DNA from: Shigella phage Sfk20
Sequence record: MW341595
Direction: 5' to 3' (one strand)
DNA: 64,000 bases
Shown here piece after piece: positions 38,671 to 48,357 of the stretch; positions within the stretch are counted from its first letter, which is position 1, and each line of letters begins with the position of its first letter. A program made the translations under genes and the position numbers. Below the pieces are notes generated by a model. That model did not search any database and was not told where the DNA came from. It was given only the letters and a program-made list of their open reading frames with translations.

Positions 38671-39144
38671 TTATTTGATTTGTTTAGCAGACCAAATGCG
38701 GTCTTTAATAATTTTTTGAATGTCTTCAACATACTCAAGAGAGTGAACATGTGGATTATCTTTGAAACTATAAGCACGGGCTAACTTTTGGCCTTCGGTT
38801 TTGATTACTAAAAGCTCTTTAAGGATAGCTTCATATTTAGAGATAATTCCTTTAACAATATTTTTTTCTTGTGCAACTTTAGGATCTGCTTTAGGAGCAG
38901 GTTTACCCGAAGCCTTTGCAAAAGCAGCGCCAGTAGCAACTAGACTTTTCCAGGCCATACTAACTGCATTTCCCGTAAATCCTTCTGCTTTCATGTCGCG
39001 AGCAAATTGGAATCGTGATTCGTCAGAAGCATCTTTATAGGAATATTTACCCGCTGCAATGGCTGCTTTTGCGACAGCTTGAATTTCGGTGCTAGATGCT
39101 TCATTTAACACCGCTTCATTTAAAAATTGAGCATATGATTTCAT
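38671..39144 (-). CDS. candidate internal (capsid-packaged) protein with capsid targeting sequence
   Basis: N-terminus MKSYAQFLNEA (CTS-like with LNE-A cleavage site); TATAAATA late promoter upstream and terminator hairpin downstream. Confidence 0.6.
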   Translation of the reverse strand: MKSYAQFLNEAVLNEASSTEIQAVAKAAIAAGKYSYKDASDESRFQFARDMKAEGFTGNAVSMAWKSLVATGAAFAKASGKPAPKADPKVAQEKNIVKGIISKYEAILKELLVIKTEGQKLARAYSFKDNPHVHSLEYVEDIQKIIKDRIWSAKQIK

Positions 39145-39184
39145 CTTATTTCCTGTTTTAATTCGTGGATTTAATATACTACTA

Positions 39185-39192
39185 TATTTATA
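39185..39192 (-). promoter_or_regulatory. late promoter (TATAAATA) for CTS gene 38671-39144
   Basis: Plus strand reads TATTTATA = minus-strand TATAAATA, about 40 nt upstream of ATG. Confidence 0.6.
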
Positions 39193-39194
39193 CT

Positions 39195-39221
39195 AAAAAG
39201 CCCCAACCTTTCGGTCGGGGC
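39195..39221 (-). terminator. rho-independent terminator ending the tRNA/small-RNA transcription unit
   Basis: GCCCCGACC-GAAAGG-UUGGGGC followed by UUUUU; near-duplicate of the 38635-38662 hairpin. Confidence 0.7.
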
Positions 39222-39239
39222 TAAGCCTTGCGGCAACCT

Positions 39240-39520
39240 TGTCGGGATTCCACCTGCTAAGGCAAGTGTTTGTACGAAACGCCGGGATTCGAACCCGGTT
39301 ATTAAGCAGTTGACGCTACTCAATATTTTTAAAAGGCCATATCTCGACCATATCCGAACGTTCCGTCAAAAACGCTACTCGGCTTACGGCAAAGATATTT
39401 CCTCGAATCGATAATTCGGTGCGCCGTTTCAGCTGTGATAGTAAAGAACCAGAACACAGTAAAACTGTGGGAGGAACTATACTCCAGGGAACATCAGTCC
39501 GACGACTTACCGGTAGCGAC
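39240..39520 (-). ncRNA. candidate small stable RNA region (position of T4 species 1/2 RNAs) including a tRNA-like element
   Basis: No ORF; sits downstream of tRNA array and upstream of a strong terminator; T-arm-like CCGGG-ATTCGAA-CCCGG at 39282-39298 with pairable acceptor-like ends (about 39275-39365). Confidence 0.35.
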
Positions 39521-39528
39521 CCGGTTTC

Positions 39529-39879
39529 TTAATATTCTTTTAAAGCATCAATCTGTTCACGGCGTTTACGCCATAAATCAATTGCTTCATACGCAGATTC
39601 AGCATTTCGAATTAGTCGGCATTTGTGTAAAGACTTGTGATTTTGATATTGTGTAGATAACGAAATTTTATCTAAAAGGTCTTTACGTTCAAAGTATTCG
39701 TAACCATCTAAGCCAAATGAACGATTTTTGAGAAATTGCCAATGACCATATTCGTTTTCGACATAAACATAATCCGCGTGTTGATAAAGCAAATTAATTA
39801 CACGTTCAGAAATAACAGTGTCATTGTGATTAAAATAGAATGTTAAATCATGAACTACTAAATAAACATTACCTTTCAT
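39529..39879 (-). CDS. hypothetical protein
   Basis: 116 aa ORF directly downstream of tRNA-Arg. Confidence 0.45.
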   Translation of the reverse strand: MKGNVYLVVHDLTFYFNHNDTVISERVINLLYQHADYVYVENEYGHWQFLKNRSFGLDGYEYFERKDLLDKISLSTQYQNHKSLHKCRLIRNAESAYEAIDLWRKRREQIDALKEY

Positions 39880-39895
39880 ATTTTCCTCACTTAAT

Positions 39896-39971
39896 TGGTC
39901 GAGGCAGTAGGGATCGAACCTACGACCTAGGACTTAGAAGGTCCTTGCTCTTCCTTCTGAGCTATGCCTCG
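39896..39971 (-). tRNA. tRNA-Arg (anticodon UCU)
   Basis: 76 nt cloverleaf; acceptor CGAGGCA/UGCCUCG, anticodon stem AGGAC/GUCCU, loop CUUCUAA, T-arm GUAGG-UUCGAUC-CCUAC, CCA encoded. Confidence 0.9.
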
Positions 39972-39975
39972 GATT

Positions 39976-40050
39976 TGGCGGACGTGATAGGATTCGAACC
40001 TATAACCAATCGCTTAACAGGCGATCGCTCTGCCATTGAGCTACACATCC
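39976..40050 (-). tRNA. tRNA-Asn (anticodon GUU)
   Basis: 75 nt; acceptor GGAUGUG/CACGUCC, D-arm GCUC-AAUGGCA-GAGC, anticodon stem AUCGC/GCGAU, loop CUGUUAA, T-arm AUAGG-UUCGAAU-CCUAU, CCA encoded. Confidence 0.88.
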
Positions 40051-40054
40051 AAAT

Positions 40055-40141
40055 TGGTGGGGAGTGATGGAGTCGAACCACCCGAGTCGCAATGACAATG
40101 GATTTACAGTCCACACCGCTACCTCTACGGGATAACTCCCC
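40055..40141 (-). tRNA. tRNA-Tyr (anticodon GUA), long variable arm
   Basis: 87 nt; acceptor GGGGAGU/ACUCCCC, anticodon stem-loop GUGGA-CUGUAAA-UCCAU, ~15 nt variable arm, T-arm GGUGG-UUCGACU-CCAUC, CCA encoded. Confidence 0.85.
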
Positions 40142-40150
40142 AAATTAATT

Positions 40151-40225
40151 TGGTGGCCCTGGGTGGAATTGAACCACCATCTGGCGATTATGAGTCGCTT
40201 GCTTGAACCTTCCAGCTACAGGGCC
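40151..40225 (-). tRNA. tRNA with anticodon CAU (Ile2/Met type; T4 tRNA-Ile equivalent)
   Basis: 75 nt; acceptor GGCCCUG/CAGGGCC, anticodon loop CUCAUAA, T-arm GGUGG-UUCAAUU-CCACC, CCA encoded. Confidence 0.85.
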
Positions 40226-40226
40226 T

Positions 40227-40302
40227 TGGTGCTGATTGACGGAATCGAACCGCCGACCTTCTCATTACAAGTGAGTTGCTCTACCTACTGAGCTAAATCA
40301 GC
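40227..40302 (-). tRNA. tRNA-Thr (anticodon UGU)
   Basis: 76 nt; acceptor GCUGAUU/AAUCAGC, D-arm GCUC-AGUAGGUA-GAGC, anticodon loop CUUGUAA, CCA encoded. Confidence 0.88.
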
Positions 40303-40307
40303 AAAAC

Positions 40308-40397
40308 TGGCGGAGGCGATAGGATTTGAACCTATGAGTCGCCGGAGCGACTGCCGGTTTTCAAGACCGGTGCATTAAACCACTCTGCCACGCCTCC
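40308..40397 (-). tRNA. tRNA-Ser (anticodon UGA), long variable arm
   Basis: 90 nt; acceptor GGAGGCG/CGCCUCC, anticodon stem-loop CCGGU-CUUGAAA-ACCGG, long variable arm, T-arm AUAGG-UUCAAAU-CCUAU, CCA encoded. Confidence 0.88.
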
Positions 40398-40399
40398 AG

Positions 40400-40473
40400 T
40401 CTCCATACAAGGATTTGAACCTTGGACCTCCTGATCCCAAATCAGGCGCTCTACCAAACTGAGCTACACGGAG
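40400..40473 (-). tRNA. tRNA-Pro (anticodon UGG)
   Basis: 74 nt; acceptor CUCCGUG/UAUGGAG (two G-U pairs), anticodon stem-loop CCUGA-UUUGGGA-UCAGG, T-arm CAAGG-UUCAAAU-CCUUG, CCA not encoded. Confidence 0.85.
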
Positions 40474-40483
40474 TAAATTAAAT

Positions 40484-40557
<74 letters not shown>

Positions 40558-40562
40558 AAATT

Positions 40563-40649
40563 TGGTGCGAGAAGTGGGACTCGAACCCACAAGGAAATCA
40601 TTCCGCAGCATTTTAAGTGCTGTGCCTTTACCAATTTGACCATTCTCGC
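40563..40649 (-). tRNA. tRNA-Leu (anticodon UAA), long variable arm
   Basis: 87 nt; acceptor GCGAGAA/UUCUCGC, anticodon stem-loop CAGCA-CUUAAAA-UGCUG, T-arm GUGGG-UUCGAGU-CCCAC, CCA encoded. Confidence 0.88.
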
Positions 40650-40650
40650 G

Positions 40651-40723
40651 CTGGGAATAAAGGACTCGAACCTTTGCATCCTGGAATCAAAATCCAGTGC
40701 CTTACCAACTTGGCTAATTCCCA
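40651..40723 (-). tRNA. tRNA-Gln (anticodon UUG)
   Basis: 73 nt; acceptor UGGGAAU/AUUCCCA, anticodon stem-loop CUGGA-UUUUGAU-UCCAG, T-arm AAAGG-UUCGAGU-CCUUU, CCA not encoded. Confidence 0.85.
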
Positions 40724-40809
40724 ATTATTAACAAAGGCTCTTAAGCAAGAACCCTTGATGATAGAGGGTATTAATCAGTGCGATATGAGTTAATAATAAC
40801 AAATAATTC

Positions 40810-41334
40810 TTAAAGCAAATTAAACATTTTAACGGTCGGCAAAACAATTTCTTCTTCTATATAAGAGTATTTAACACTCTCAACTACACGCAAAAAATCA
40901 TAATCATAATACTCAGAAGCATTACCTAAAATATTAATAAGTCCTTCAAGCACTTTATTACCATTCACAAAGAATAAGTCAAATACACGTTCTTCATCTT
41001 CTTCAGATTTATTACCAAGATCAACTTCTATGCGAAAGACCTTTTTAATGAATTCTGGATAAAGCTGGTCTGAGAACAGTCCTTCAACCAAGTATTCATA
41101 AATAAAAAGAGATTGCTCGCTGAACAAACCATTACCACAATAGCGCTCAATTTTAGTACTAGAATATCTGCTTTTAAACTTCTTTAAAAGATACTGAAAT
41201 TGTAAGATTTCATGCTCTTCTACGCCAAACAGTGTTTTAGTTTTATAGTTGTCACCATCATTTTCCCAGGTAGTGACATCAATTACGTAGCCCTGCGGAA
41301 TTGTAGTACCTAAACAAATATTCATTTTCACCAC
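40810..41334 (-). CDS. hypothetical protein
   Basis: 174 aa acidic ORF just upstream of tRNA array. Confidence 0.5.
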   Translation of the reverse strand: MVKMNICLGTTIPQGYVIDVTTWENDGDNYKTKTLFGVEEHEILQFQYLLKKFKSRYSSTKIERYCGNGLFSEQSLFIYEYLVEGLFSDQLYPEFIKKVFRIEVDLGNKSEEDEERVFDLFFVNGNKVLEGLINILGNASEYYDYDFLRVVESVKYSYIEEEIVLPTVKMFNLL

Positions 41335-41624
41335 GCTGCATTAATGTAAGTATATTTAATACATTCAAGACCCAAAGGATTCTTGAAAATATCATATTCA
41401 AGAGGACCTTTTTCTGTTTCAATAAAGAAATCAAAATTTACTGTATTAAATGTACGGTCTTCCTTTACTAATTTAACTTGAGAAGATGAACGGCCAATGT
41501 AAACCTTTTCAACTTCAAAATATGTTAAAACGCCATAATCATCAATCAAGGCTTTAGCCGCGTCTTGATCATATTTATATCCATTTTCAATGGATGATAC
41601 TTTCGCATAAAGAATCATTATCAA
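41328..41624 (-). CDS. hypothetical protein
   Basis: 98 aa ORF. Confidence 0.45.
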   Translation of the reverse strand: MIMILYAKVSSIENGYKYDQDAAKALIDDYGVLTYFEVEKVYIGRSSSQVKLVKEDRTFNTVNFDFFIETEKGPLEYDIFKNPLGLECIKYTYINAAW

Positions 41625-42040
41625 CCTTCATCAACAATAGTGTGCGTATTGGCATTTACAATTTGCCACCAATCAAAGCGATTAGAACCATAATCTGGTT
41701 TGTTTTCATTTTCTTTGATAATGTCACGGAGTTCATCTTCGGTAGCGGCTTTCGCTATTAAATCAGCATATCCACCACGAGGATAATAATTATCACCTGC
41801 AAAAAGTAAAAAGTTTGGTTTAATGTTATTGAACTCTTCAAGAGTAATAACTTTTCCTGACGGTTGAACAATCTCTACATATTTATATCCCAATTTTTGA
41901 GCAGCATCTACTGCTTCAAGCAAAGTATCATGAGCCCATCCAATTTGACAACCTGGCTTTTCAGATGGATTAGCCTGATAATCCGCATACACTTTGTACA
42001 TTCTATTCACCTTTAGAAATTTTATCCATAACGATAGCAA
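41621..42040 (-). CDS. hypothetical protein
   Basis: 139 aa ORF; real start may be internal Met (MYKVYADYQ). Confidence 0.45.
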   Translation of the reverse strand: MLSLWIKFLKVNRMYKVYADYQANPSEKPGCQIGWAHDTLLEAVDAAQKLGYKYVEIVQPSGKVITLEEFNNIKPNFLLFAGDNYYPRGGYADLIAKAATEDELRDIIKENENKPDYGSNRFDWWQIVNANTHTIVDEG

Positions 42041-42188
42041 TTAAACCAATTAAAAATGCTACTACAAGTGAAAACACATTTTCTGCTATAGTCAATAATC
42101 CACATATAAATCCAACAAACATTGAAAAACTAAAAGCGGAAGCAGAAATTGCAATAGCAACATTTCGAATTAATTCACAACGTTTCAT
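42003..42188 (-). CDS. hypothetical small membrane protein
   Basis: 61 aa with two hydrophobic segments; GAGGAG RBS and early promoter upstream. Confidence 0.4.
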   Translation of the reverse strand: MKRCELIRNVAIAISASAFSFSMFVGFICGLLTIAENVFSLVVAFLIGLIAIVMDKISKGE

Positions 42189-42214
42189 TTTATTCTCCTC
42201 GGTAGTTGATAGGG

Positions 42215-42248
42215 TAATAGTATCACAACTAAAACCCTATGTAAACAA
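42215..42248 (-). promoter_or_regulatory. T4-type early promoter
   Basis: GTTTAC - 18 nt - TACTAT; GAGGAG RBS; upstream 30 bp identical to 42571 element. Confidence 0.6.
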
Positions 42249-42258
42249 CTTTGTGAAA

Positions 42259-42516
42259 TTATTTTAAATCTTCTAATCGTTTCTTCATCTTAGAACCATT
42301 TTTAGCAATTTCTCCTGCATCGGAGCATAATGCTAAAAGTGCTTTAACTTTAGTTTGGTCTCCTTTAAAAGATGAAGGATCGACTGCAGCAGCAAGTTCT
42401 TTAATACGAGAGAAAAGACGCTCAGCTTCAGCTAAAGCCATTCCAAGCTTTACTTCCATACCGTGAGAAGATTCAGTGATAGTGGTTTTTGTAGCAAACT
42501 CTTTGAAAGTTTTCAT
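42259..42516 (-). CDS. hypothetical protein with variant CTS-like N-terminus (occupies the T4 ipI locus)
   Basis: 85 aa; MKTFKEFATKTTITE-S resembles CTS with an I-x-E cleavage site at residue 15; early promoter upstream. Confidence 0.5.
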   Translation of the reverse strand: MKTFKEFATKTTITESSHGMEVKLGMALAEAERLFSRIKELAAAVDPSSFKGDQTKVKALLALCSDAGEIAKNGSKMKKRLEDLK

Positions 42517-42544
42517 TTTATTTTCCTAATTAATTTTGATGAGA

Positions 42545-42578
42545 TAATAGTATCACTACCTCATCAGCATGTAAACAA
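42545..42578 (-). promoter_or_regulatory. T4-type early promoter
   Basis: GTTTAC - 18 nt - TACTAT upstream of ORF 42259-42516. Confidence 0.6.
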
Positions 42579-42588
42579 CTTTGTGAAA

Positions 42589-43285
<697 letters not shown>

Positions 43286-43286
<1 letters not shown>

Positions 43287-44011
43287 TATAGTACCTTTAG
43301 TGTATTTTTAATTTTAGAAAAAAGTTCTTCAAGAGAACCATCGTTTGTAATTACTAAATCGCCATCACGAATTGGCAATCCAGCTTCTGTAATATGCGTA
43401 TCATTGGATTTTTGACCAGGACGAACTACATGAATTACTGTAGCACCCATCGCCCTAGCCGCATCCATTTCATGATCTTGACGAGTATCAGGAACGATAT
43501 AATAATCATAACCTGAGTTAAATTTATCAAGATAATCTAAAGCAAATAATTTTACCCAATACATGCGGTCGAAGTTATTAACAATCAAATCCGTACCTAG
43601 GGCTTGCATCAGACGACGGACTGACCATTGATCTTCAATATTATTTATAACGTCAGCAATCTTGTTAAATGCTACGAAAGTAACCGATTCTTTTCCTTCG
43701 TCATCAAAAACAAACACACCTTTAATTGGGCTTTTACTATTAAGATAGCAAAATGCTTGTTCCATAATCGTAATTACTTCTAATTTAGTCAGATTTAAAT
43801 TAGTCTCACGATCATAATCAATTCCTTCAAACTCTTTACGAGTTAAGCAAGGATAATCATTGTTTGCTGCAAATACACCCCATGCATAAGCCAATGCATC
43901 TTTAATAGGACCAGCAAGTTGATATTTAACCGCAGAATAATTATTCATGATAAAATCTGCAGTAGTATCTTTTCCACTGCGCTTTACACCACTTAAAAAG
44001 ATTAGTTTCAT
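43286..44011 (-). CDS. 1: deoxynucleoside monophosphate kinase gp1
   Basis: 241 aa; P-loop GVKRSGKDT; matches recalled T4 gp1. Confidence 0.93.
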
Positions 44012-44060
44012 ATGTTTCTCCTCAAATTTAGTTAAGATTATAACACATGAAACTGAAGCA

Positions 44061-44591
44061 TTAAACTTCTGCTATAATTTTGCCATCTTTTTCTACTTGA
44101 AAATACGTATAAGGAATCGTTGCTGTGCATACTAAAGCTGGGTCTGAATCTTCCGTGTAGCTAAATTCTACTTCAGACAGGTCAGAAACCCAAGGCTTAT
44201 AAAAATTTATTGACATCACGATTTCAGTTTTACTATTATCTAAAATGTAAAGCGTAATGTATTCAGGACCTGTTTTTTGGGCAGTATTTTCGCCTGTAAG
44301 ATAGTTACTAGTTCCTAGCATCCATTCATACATTCCTATCCACGACTTAAGCTCTTCATCAACTATAAATCTCACGATGAGTGGATCGTACTCAAATGTA
44401 ACTCCTGGACGTTGTGCTCTGCCTAGTCCAAACGGCCCAGTCACGGTATCAGTAACAGGTATTCTAATTCCCGGAATAGGAACTGACTGAGCATTTAAAG
44501 TAAAAGCAGATGTAGTATTACTATGTGGTATTGATACTACAAAGTTAGTTGTATTTGCTTGGTTAAAAATTTGTTGCAATGCTTGCGACAT
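44061..44591 (-). CDS. 3: tail completion / tail tube terminator protein gp3
   Basis: 176 aa from ATG 44589-44591 (MSQALQQIFNQ); position between genes 1 and 2. Confidence 0.88.
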   Translation of the reverse strand: MSQALQQIFNQANTTNFVVSIPHSNTTSAFTLNAQSVPIPGIRIPVTDTVTGPFGLGRAQRPGVTFEYDPLIVRFIVDEELKSWIGMYEWMLGTSNYLTGENTAQKTGPEYITLYILDNSKTEIVMSINFYKPWVSDLSEVEFSYTEDSDPALVCTATIPYTYFQVEKDGKIIAEV

Positions 44592-44697
44592 ATATTCCTC
44601 ATAATGCTTTATAAATGTTGGTGGTATAATGGGTCTAAGTCCCTTCCATTCAATTCCAATTAGAACAAACAATAGAAAAGAATGGAAGATAATAGAA

Positions 44698-45522
44698 TTA
44701 GATATTTGACCAGACTTTGTTTGCAGAGAAACGTTTTCCTTTTGAAACGAACTGCTGAAGTGGCATTAACACAACGTTCGCCCAGTCTTTCGGGGCGATT
44801 TCAACAAGGCTACCCATAATATTACCGGGTATATATGCCTTAATCATTTGGTCTGCACCCCTAAATCCTTTCACTTGACTCCAATCAATTTTTAATTTCG
44901 TTTTATTAGTAATAGTAGGTGTATTTGAATATTGCTTTAAAAGCTCTTCTAAAAATTGCTGACGAGCTTTAGGTGGAATATAGTGCAAGTTCAACCCGTA
45001 CATTAAATTATGTTTACCTAAACCAAGGTAAATTATCAAAGGAAATTTATCCCAGTAAGGAAGAGTTTCCTTGTGTTTAGCATCATAAGCAAAAGCATAT
45101 ATTCGTCCCGGCTGCGGGCGAACAACCTTATGTCCTTTTACTTGCTTAATAGTTTCAGCAAACCACTTTCTGGTTTTATTATTAATTGCTGCACCTTCAT
45201 TACGAATTTTATCACGCAATGTTTGCCTGAATGAATTTATCATAAGCAGTTGTCTTTCTTGCTTATTGAGTTTATTCATTGGTTTTGATTCAAGCTTTTG
45301 AATCTTTTCAGCTGTTTTAATTCCTGAAGCATATTTTGACATTGCTGAAGTAAACGTAGAGTATTTGATTCCTCTTTCTTCGGCAAATTGCTTTCCTGTC
45401 ATTCCTTTTGCTTTGGCCTTTCTGTATTCAAGACCTATCTGAATCCATTTCTTTTCGTTTAATGATTGCTTAACCTTTGGAACTTGGGGAGTGCTTTCAT
45501 TAATTATTTGAAAAATAGCCAT
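44698..45522 (-). CDS. 2: DNA end protector protein gp2
   Basis: 274 aa basic protein between genes 3 and 4. Confidence 0.85.
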   Translation of the reverse strand: MAIFQIINESTPQVPKVKQSLNEKKWIQIGLEYRKAKAKGMTGKQFAEERGIKYSTFTSAMSKYASGIKTAEKIQKLESKPMNKLNKQERQLLMINSFRQTLRDKIRNEGAAINNKTRKWFAETIKQVKGHKVVRPQPGRIYAFAYDAKHKETLPYWDKFPLIIYLGLGKHNLMYGLNLHYIPPKARQQFLEELLKQYSNTPTITNKTKLKIDWSQVKGFRGADQMIKAYIPGNIMGSLVEIAPKDWANVVLMPLQQFVSKGKRFSANKVWSNI

Positions 45523-45974
45523 TATGCCCCCTTAAAGCCAAGAGCTCTTAATCCATCTTCTGTTAGAATTCTAAATTTTATTCCACGCTTTTCAGCTAAA
45601 GCTTGAGCTGCTTTCCATTTGTCAGTATTAACGGAATATGTATAAATTTCATTCATAAATCTTTTCTTCGCTGCAGTTGTTAGATGTGCTGGTTTAACTG
45701 GTGGTTGTGTTTCTTTTTTAGGCTTTATTTCAATAAAAAATTCTTGTCCAGAAGAATCTTTCATCCAAATATCCATGAAGTATCTACGTTTTTTCCCTTC
45801 TGCATTACAAAAATAAGGAATTACTGCTGTTTCACTACCCCATGCAATAATTTCTGGATTTTTATCTAACCATTCAAAAAAGAATTTTTCCCAATTTGAT
45901 CTATACGTAATTTTTTTAGGGTCACCTCTATATTTTGATATATTTTTAGGAACCCATTTTCCAGAATATGCCAT
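45522..45974 (-). CDS. 4: head completion protein gp4
   Basis: 150 aa; divergent late promoters in the 4/53 spacer. Confidence 0.88.
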   Translation of the reverse strand: MAYSGKWVPKNISKYRGDPKKITYRSNWEKFFFEWLDKNPEIIAWGSETAVIPYFCNAEGKKRRYFMDIWMKDSSGQEFFIEIKPKKETQPPVKPAHLTTAAKKRFMNEIYTYSVNTDKWKAAQALAEKRGIKFRILTEDGLRALGFKGA

Positions 45975-45985
45975 TGGATTCTCCT

Positions 45986-45993
45986 TATAAATA
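45986..45993 (+). promoter_or_regulatory. late promoter (TATAAATA) for gene 53
   Basis: Exact TATAAATA 28 nt upstream of gene 53 ATG. Confidence 0.7.
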
Positions 45994-46000
45994 GATAATA

Positions 46001-46008
46001 TATTTATA
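46001..46008 (-). promoter_or_regulatory. late promoter (TATAAATA) for gene 4
   Basis: Plus strand TATTTATA = minus TATAAATA, 27 nt upstream of gene 4 ATG; divergent with gene 53 promoter. Confidence 0.65.
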
Positions 46009-46021
46009 AACAGGAGGGCCC

Positions 46022-46612
46022 ATGCTCTTTACATTTTTTGATCCGATTGAATATGCGGCCAAAACGGTGAATAAAAACGCGCCGACTATTCCTATGACAG
46101 ATATTTTTAGAAACTATAAAGACTATTTCAAACGTGCTCTTGCGGGATACCGCTTACGTACTTATTATATTAAAGGTTCACCACGCCCGGAAGAATTAGC
46201 AAATGCTATATATGGAAATCCGCAGTTGTATTGGGTTTTATTGATGTGTAATGATAATTATGATCCGTATTATGGATGGATTACTTCGCAAGAAGCTGCT
46301 TATCAAGCATCTATACAAAAATACAAAAACGTAGGTGGAGACCAAATAGTATATCATGTGAATGAGAATGGTGAAAAATTTTATAATTTAGTATCATATG
46401 ATGATAATCCATATGTTTGGTATGACAAAGGCGATAAAGCTAGAAAATATCCTCAATATGAAGGAGCACTTGCTGCGGTCGATACGTATGAAGCTGCTGT
46501 TCTTGAAAATGAAAAACTTCGTCAAATAAAAATAATAGCAAAATCAGACATCAATTCATTTATGAACGACCTTATACGTATAATGGAGAAATCTTATGGA
46601 AATGATAAGTAA
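46022..46612 (+). CDS. 53: baseplate wedge protein gp53
   Basis: 196 aa; first gene of plus-strand late baseplate block. Confidence 0.93.
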   Translation: MLFTFFDPIEYAAKTVNKNAPTIPMTDIFRNYKDYFKRALAGYRLRTYYIKGSPRPEELANAIYGNPQLYWVLLMCNDNYDPYYGWITSQEAAYQASIQKYKNVGGDQIVYHVNENGEKFYNLVSYDDNPYVWYDKGDKARKYPQYEGALAAVDTYEAAVLENEKLRQIKIIAKSDINSFMNDLIRIMEKSYGNDK

Positions 46613-48323
46613 TAACCTTAATTGGTTTGTTGGTGTTGTTGAAGATAGAATGGACCCATTAAAATTAGGTCGTGTTCGTGTTCGTGTAGTTGGTCTGCAT
46701 CCACCTCAAAGAGCGCAAGGCGATGTAATGGGTATTCCAACTGATAAATTACCATGGATGTCAGTTATTCAACCTATAACTTCTGCAGCAATGTCTGGAA
46801 TTGGAGGCTCCGTTACTGGTCCGGTAGAAGGAACTAGAGTTTATGGTCATTTTTTAGACAAATGGAAAACTAACGGAATTGTCCTTGGCACGTATGGTGG
46901 AATAGTTCGCGAAAAACCGAATAGACTTGAAGGATTTTCTGACCCGACTGGACAGTATCCTAGACGTCTAGGAAATGATACTAACGTATTAAACCAAGGT
47001 GGAGAAGTAGGATATGATTCGTCTTCTAATATTATCCAAGATAGTAATCTAGACACTGCGATAAATCCCGATGATAGACCGCTATCAGAGATTCCAACTG
47101 ATGATAATCCAAATATGTCAATGGCTGAAATGCTTCGCCGTGATGAAGGATTAAGACTAAAAGTTTATTGGGATACTGAAGGATATCCGACAATTGGTAT
47201 TGGTCATCTTATCATGAAGCAGCCAGTTCGTGATATGACTCAAATTAATAAAGTTTTATCAAAACAAGTTGGTCGTGAAATTACCGGAAATCCAGGTTCT
47301 ATTACAATGGAAGAAGCGGTAACTTTATTTGAACGTGATTTAGCTGATATGCAACGTGACATTAAATCACATTCTAAAGTTGGTCCAGTTTGGCAAGCGG
47401 TTAATCGTTCTCGTCAAATGGCGTTAGAAAATATGGCATTTCAGATGGGTGTTGGCGGTGTAGCTAAATTTAACACAATGTTAACTGCTATGTTAGCCGG
47501 AGATTGGGAAAAAGCATATAAAGCTGGTCGTGATTCATTGTGGTATCAACAAACAAAAGGCCGTGCATCCCGTGTTACCATGATTATTCTTACAGGGAAT
47601 TTGGAATCATACGGTATTGAAGTGAAAACACCGGCTAGGTCTTTGTCAGCAATGGCTGCTACTGTAGCAAAGTCTTCTGATCCAGCTGACCCTCCTATTC
47701 CGAATGATTCGAGAATTTTATTTAAAGAACCTGTTTCTTCATATAAAGGTGAATATCCGTATGTTCACACAATGGAAACTGAAAGCGGTCATATTCAGGA
47801 ATTTGATGATACCCCTGGGCAAGAACGATACAGATTAGTTCATCCGACTGGAACATATGAGGAAGTATCACCGTCAGGAAGAAGAACAAGAAAAACTGTT
47901 GATAATTTGTATGATATAACAAATGCTGATGGTAATTTTTTGGTAGCCGGTGATAAAAAGACTAACGTCGGTGGATCAGAAATTTATTACAACATGGATA
48001 ATCGTCTCCACCAAATAGATGGAAGCAATACAATATTTGTGCGTGGCGATGAAACTAAGACGGTTGAAGGTAATGGAACTATCCTAGTCAAAGGTAATGT
48101 TACTATTGTAGTTGAAGGTAATGCTGACATTACAGTTAAAGGAGATGCTACCACTTTAGTTGAAGGAAATCAGACTAATACAGTAAATGGAAATCTTTCT
48201 TGGAAAGTTGCTGGGACAGTTGATTGGGACGTTGGCGGTGATTGGACAGAAAAAATGGCATCTATGAGTTCTATTTCATCTGGTCAATACACAATTGATG
48301 GATCGAGGATTGACATTGGCTAA
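46596..48323 (+). CDS. 5: baseplate hub / tail-associated lysozyme gp5
   Basis: 575 aa; internal lysozyme domain MAEMLRRDEGLRLKVYWDTEGYPTIGIGHL; C-terminal beta-helix VEGN repeats. Confidence 0.96.
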   Translation: MEMISNNLNWFVGVVEDRMDPLKLGRVRVRVVGLHPPQRAQGDVMGIPTDKLPWMSVIQPITSAAMSGIGGSVTGPVEGTRVYGHFLDKWKTNGIVLGTYGGIVREKPNRLEGFSDPTGQYPRRLGNDTNVLNQGGEVGYDSSSNIIQDSNLDTAINPDDRPLSEIPTDDNPNMSMAEMLRRDEGLRLKVYWDTEGYPTIGIGHLIMKQPVRDMTQINKVLSKQVGREITGNPGSITMEEAVTLFERDLADMQRDIKSHSKVGPVWQAVNRSRQMALENMAFQMGVGGVAKFNTMLTAMLAGDWEKAYKAGRDSLWYQQTKGRASRVTMIILTGNLESYGIEVKTPARSLSAMAATVAKSSDPADPPIPNDSRILFKEPVSSYKGEYPYVHTMETESGHIQEFDDTPGQERYRLVHPTGTYEEVSPSGRRTRKTVDNLYDITNADGNFLVAGDKKTNVGGSEIYYNMDNRLHQIDGSNTIFVRGDETKTVEGNGTILVKGNVTIVVEGNADITVKGDATTLVEGNQTNTVNGNLSWKVAGTVDWDVGGDWTEKMASMSSISSGQYTIDGSRIDIG

Positions 48324-48357
48324 TATACTTCCAATGAGCGCTGATTTAGGAGAATCC

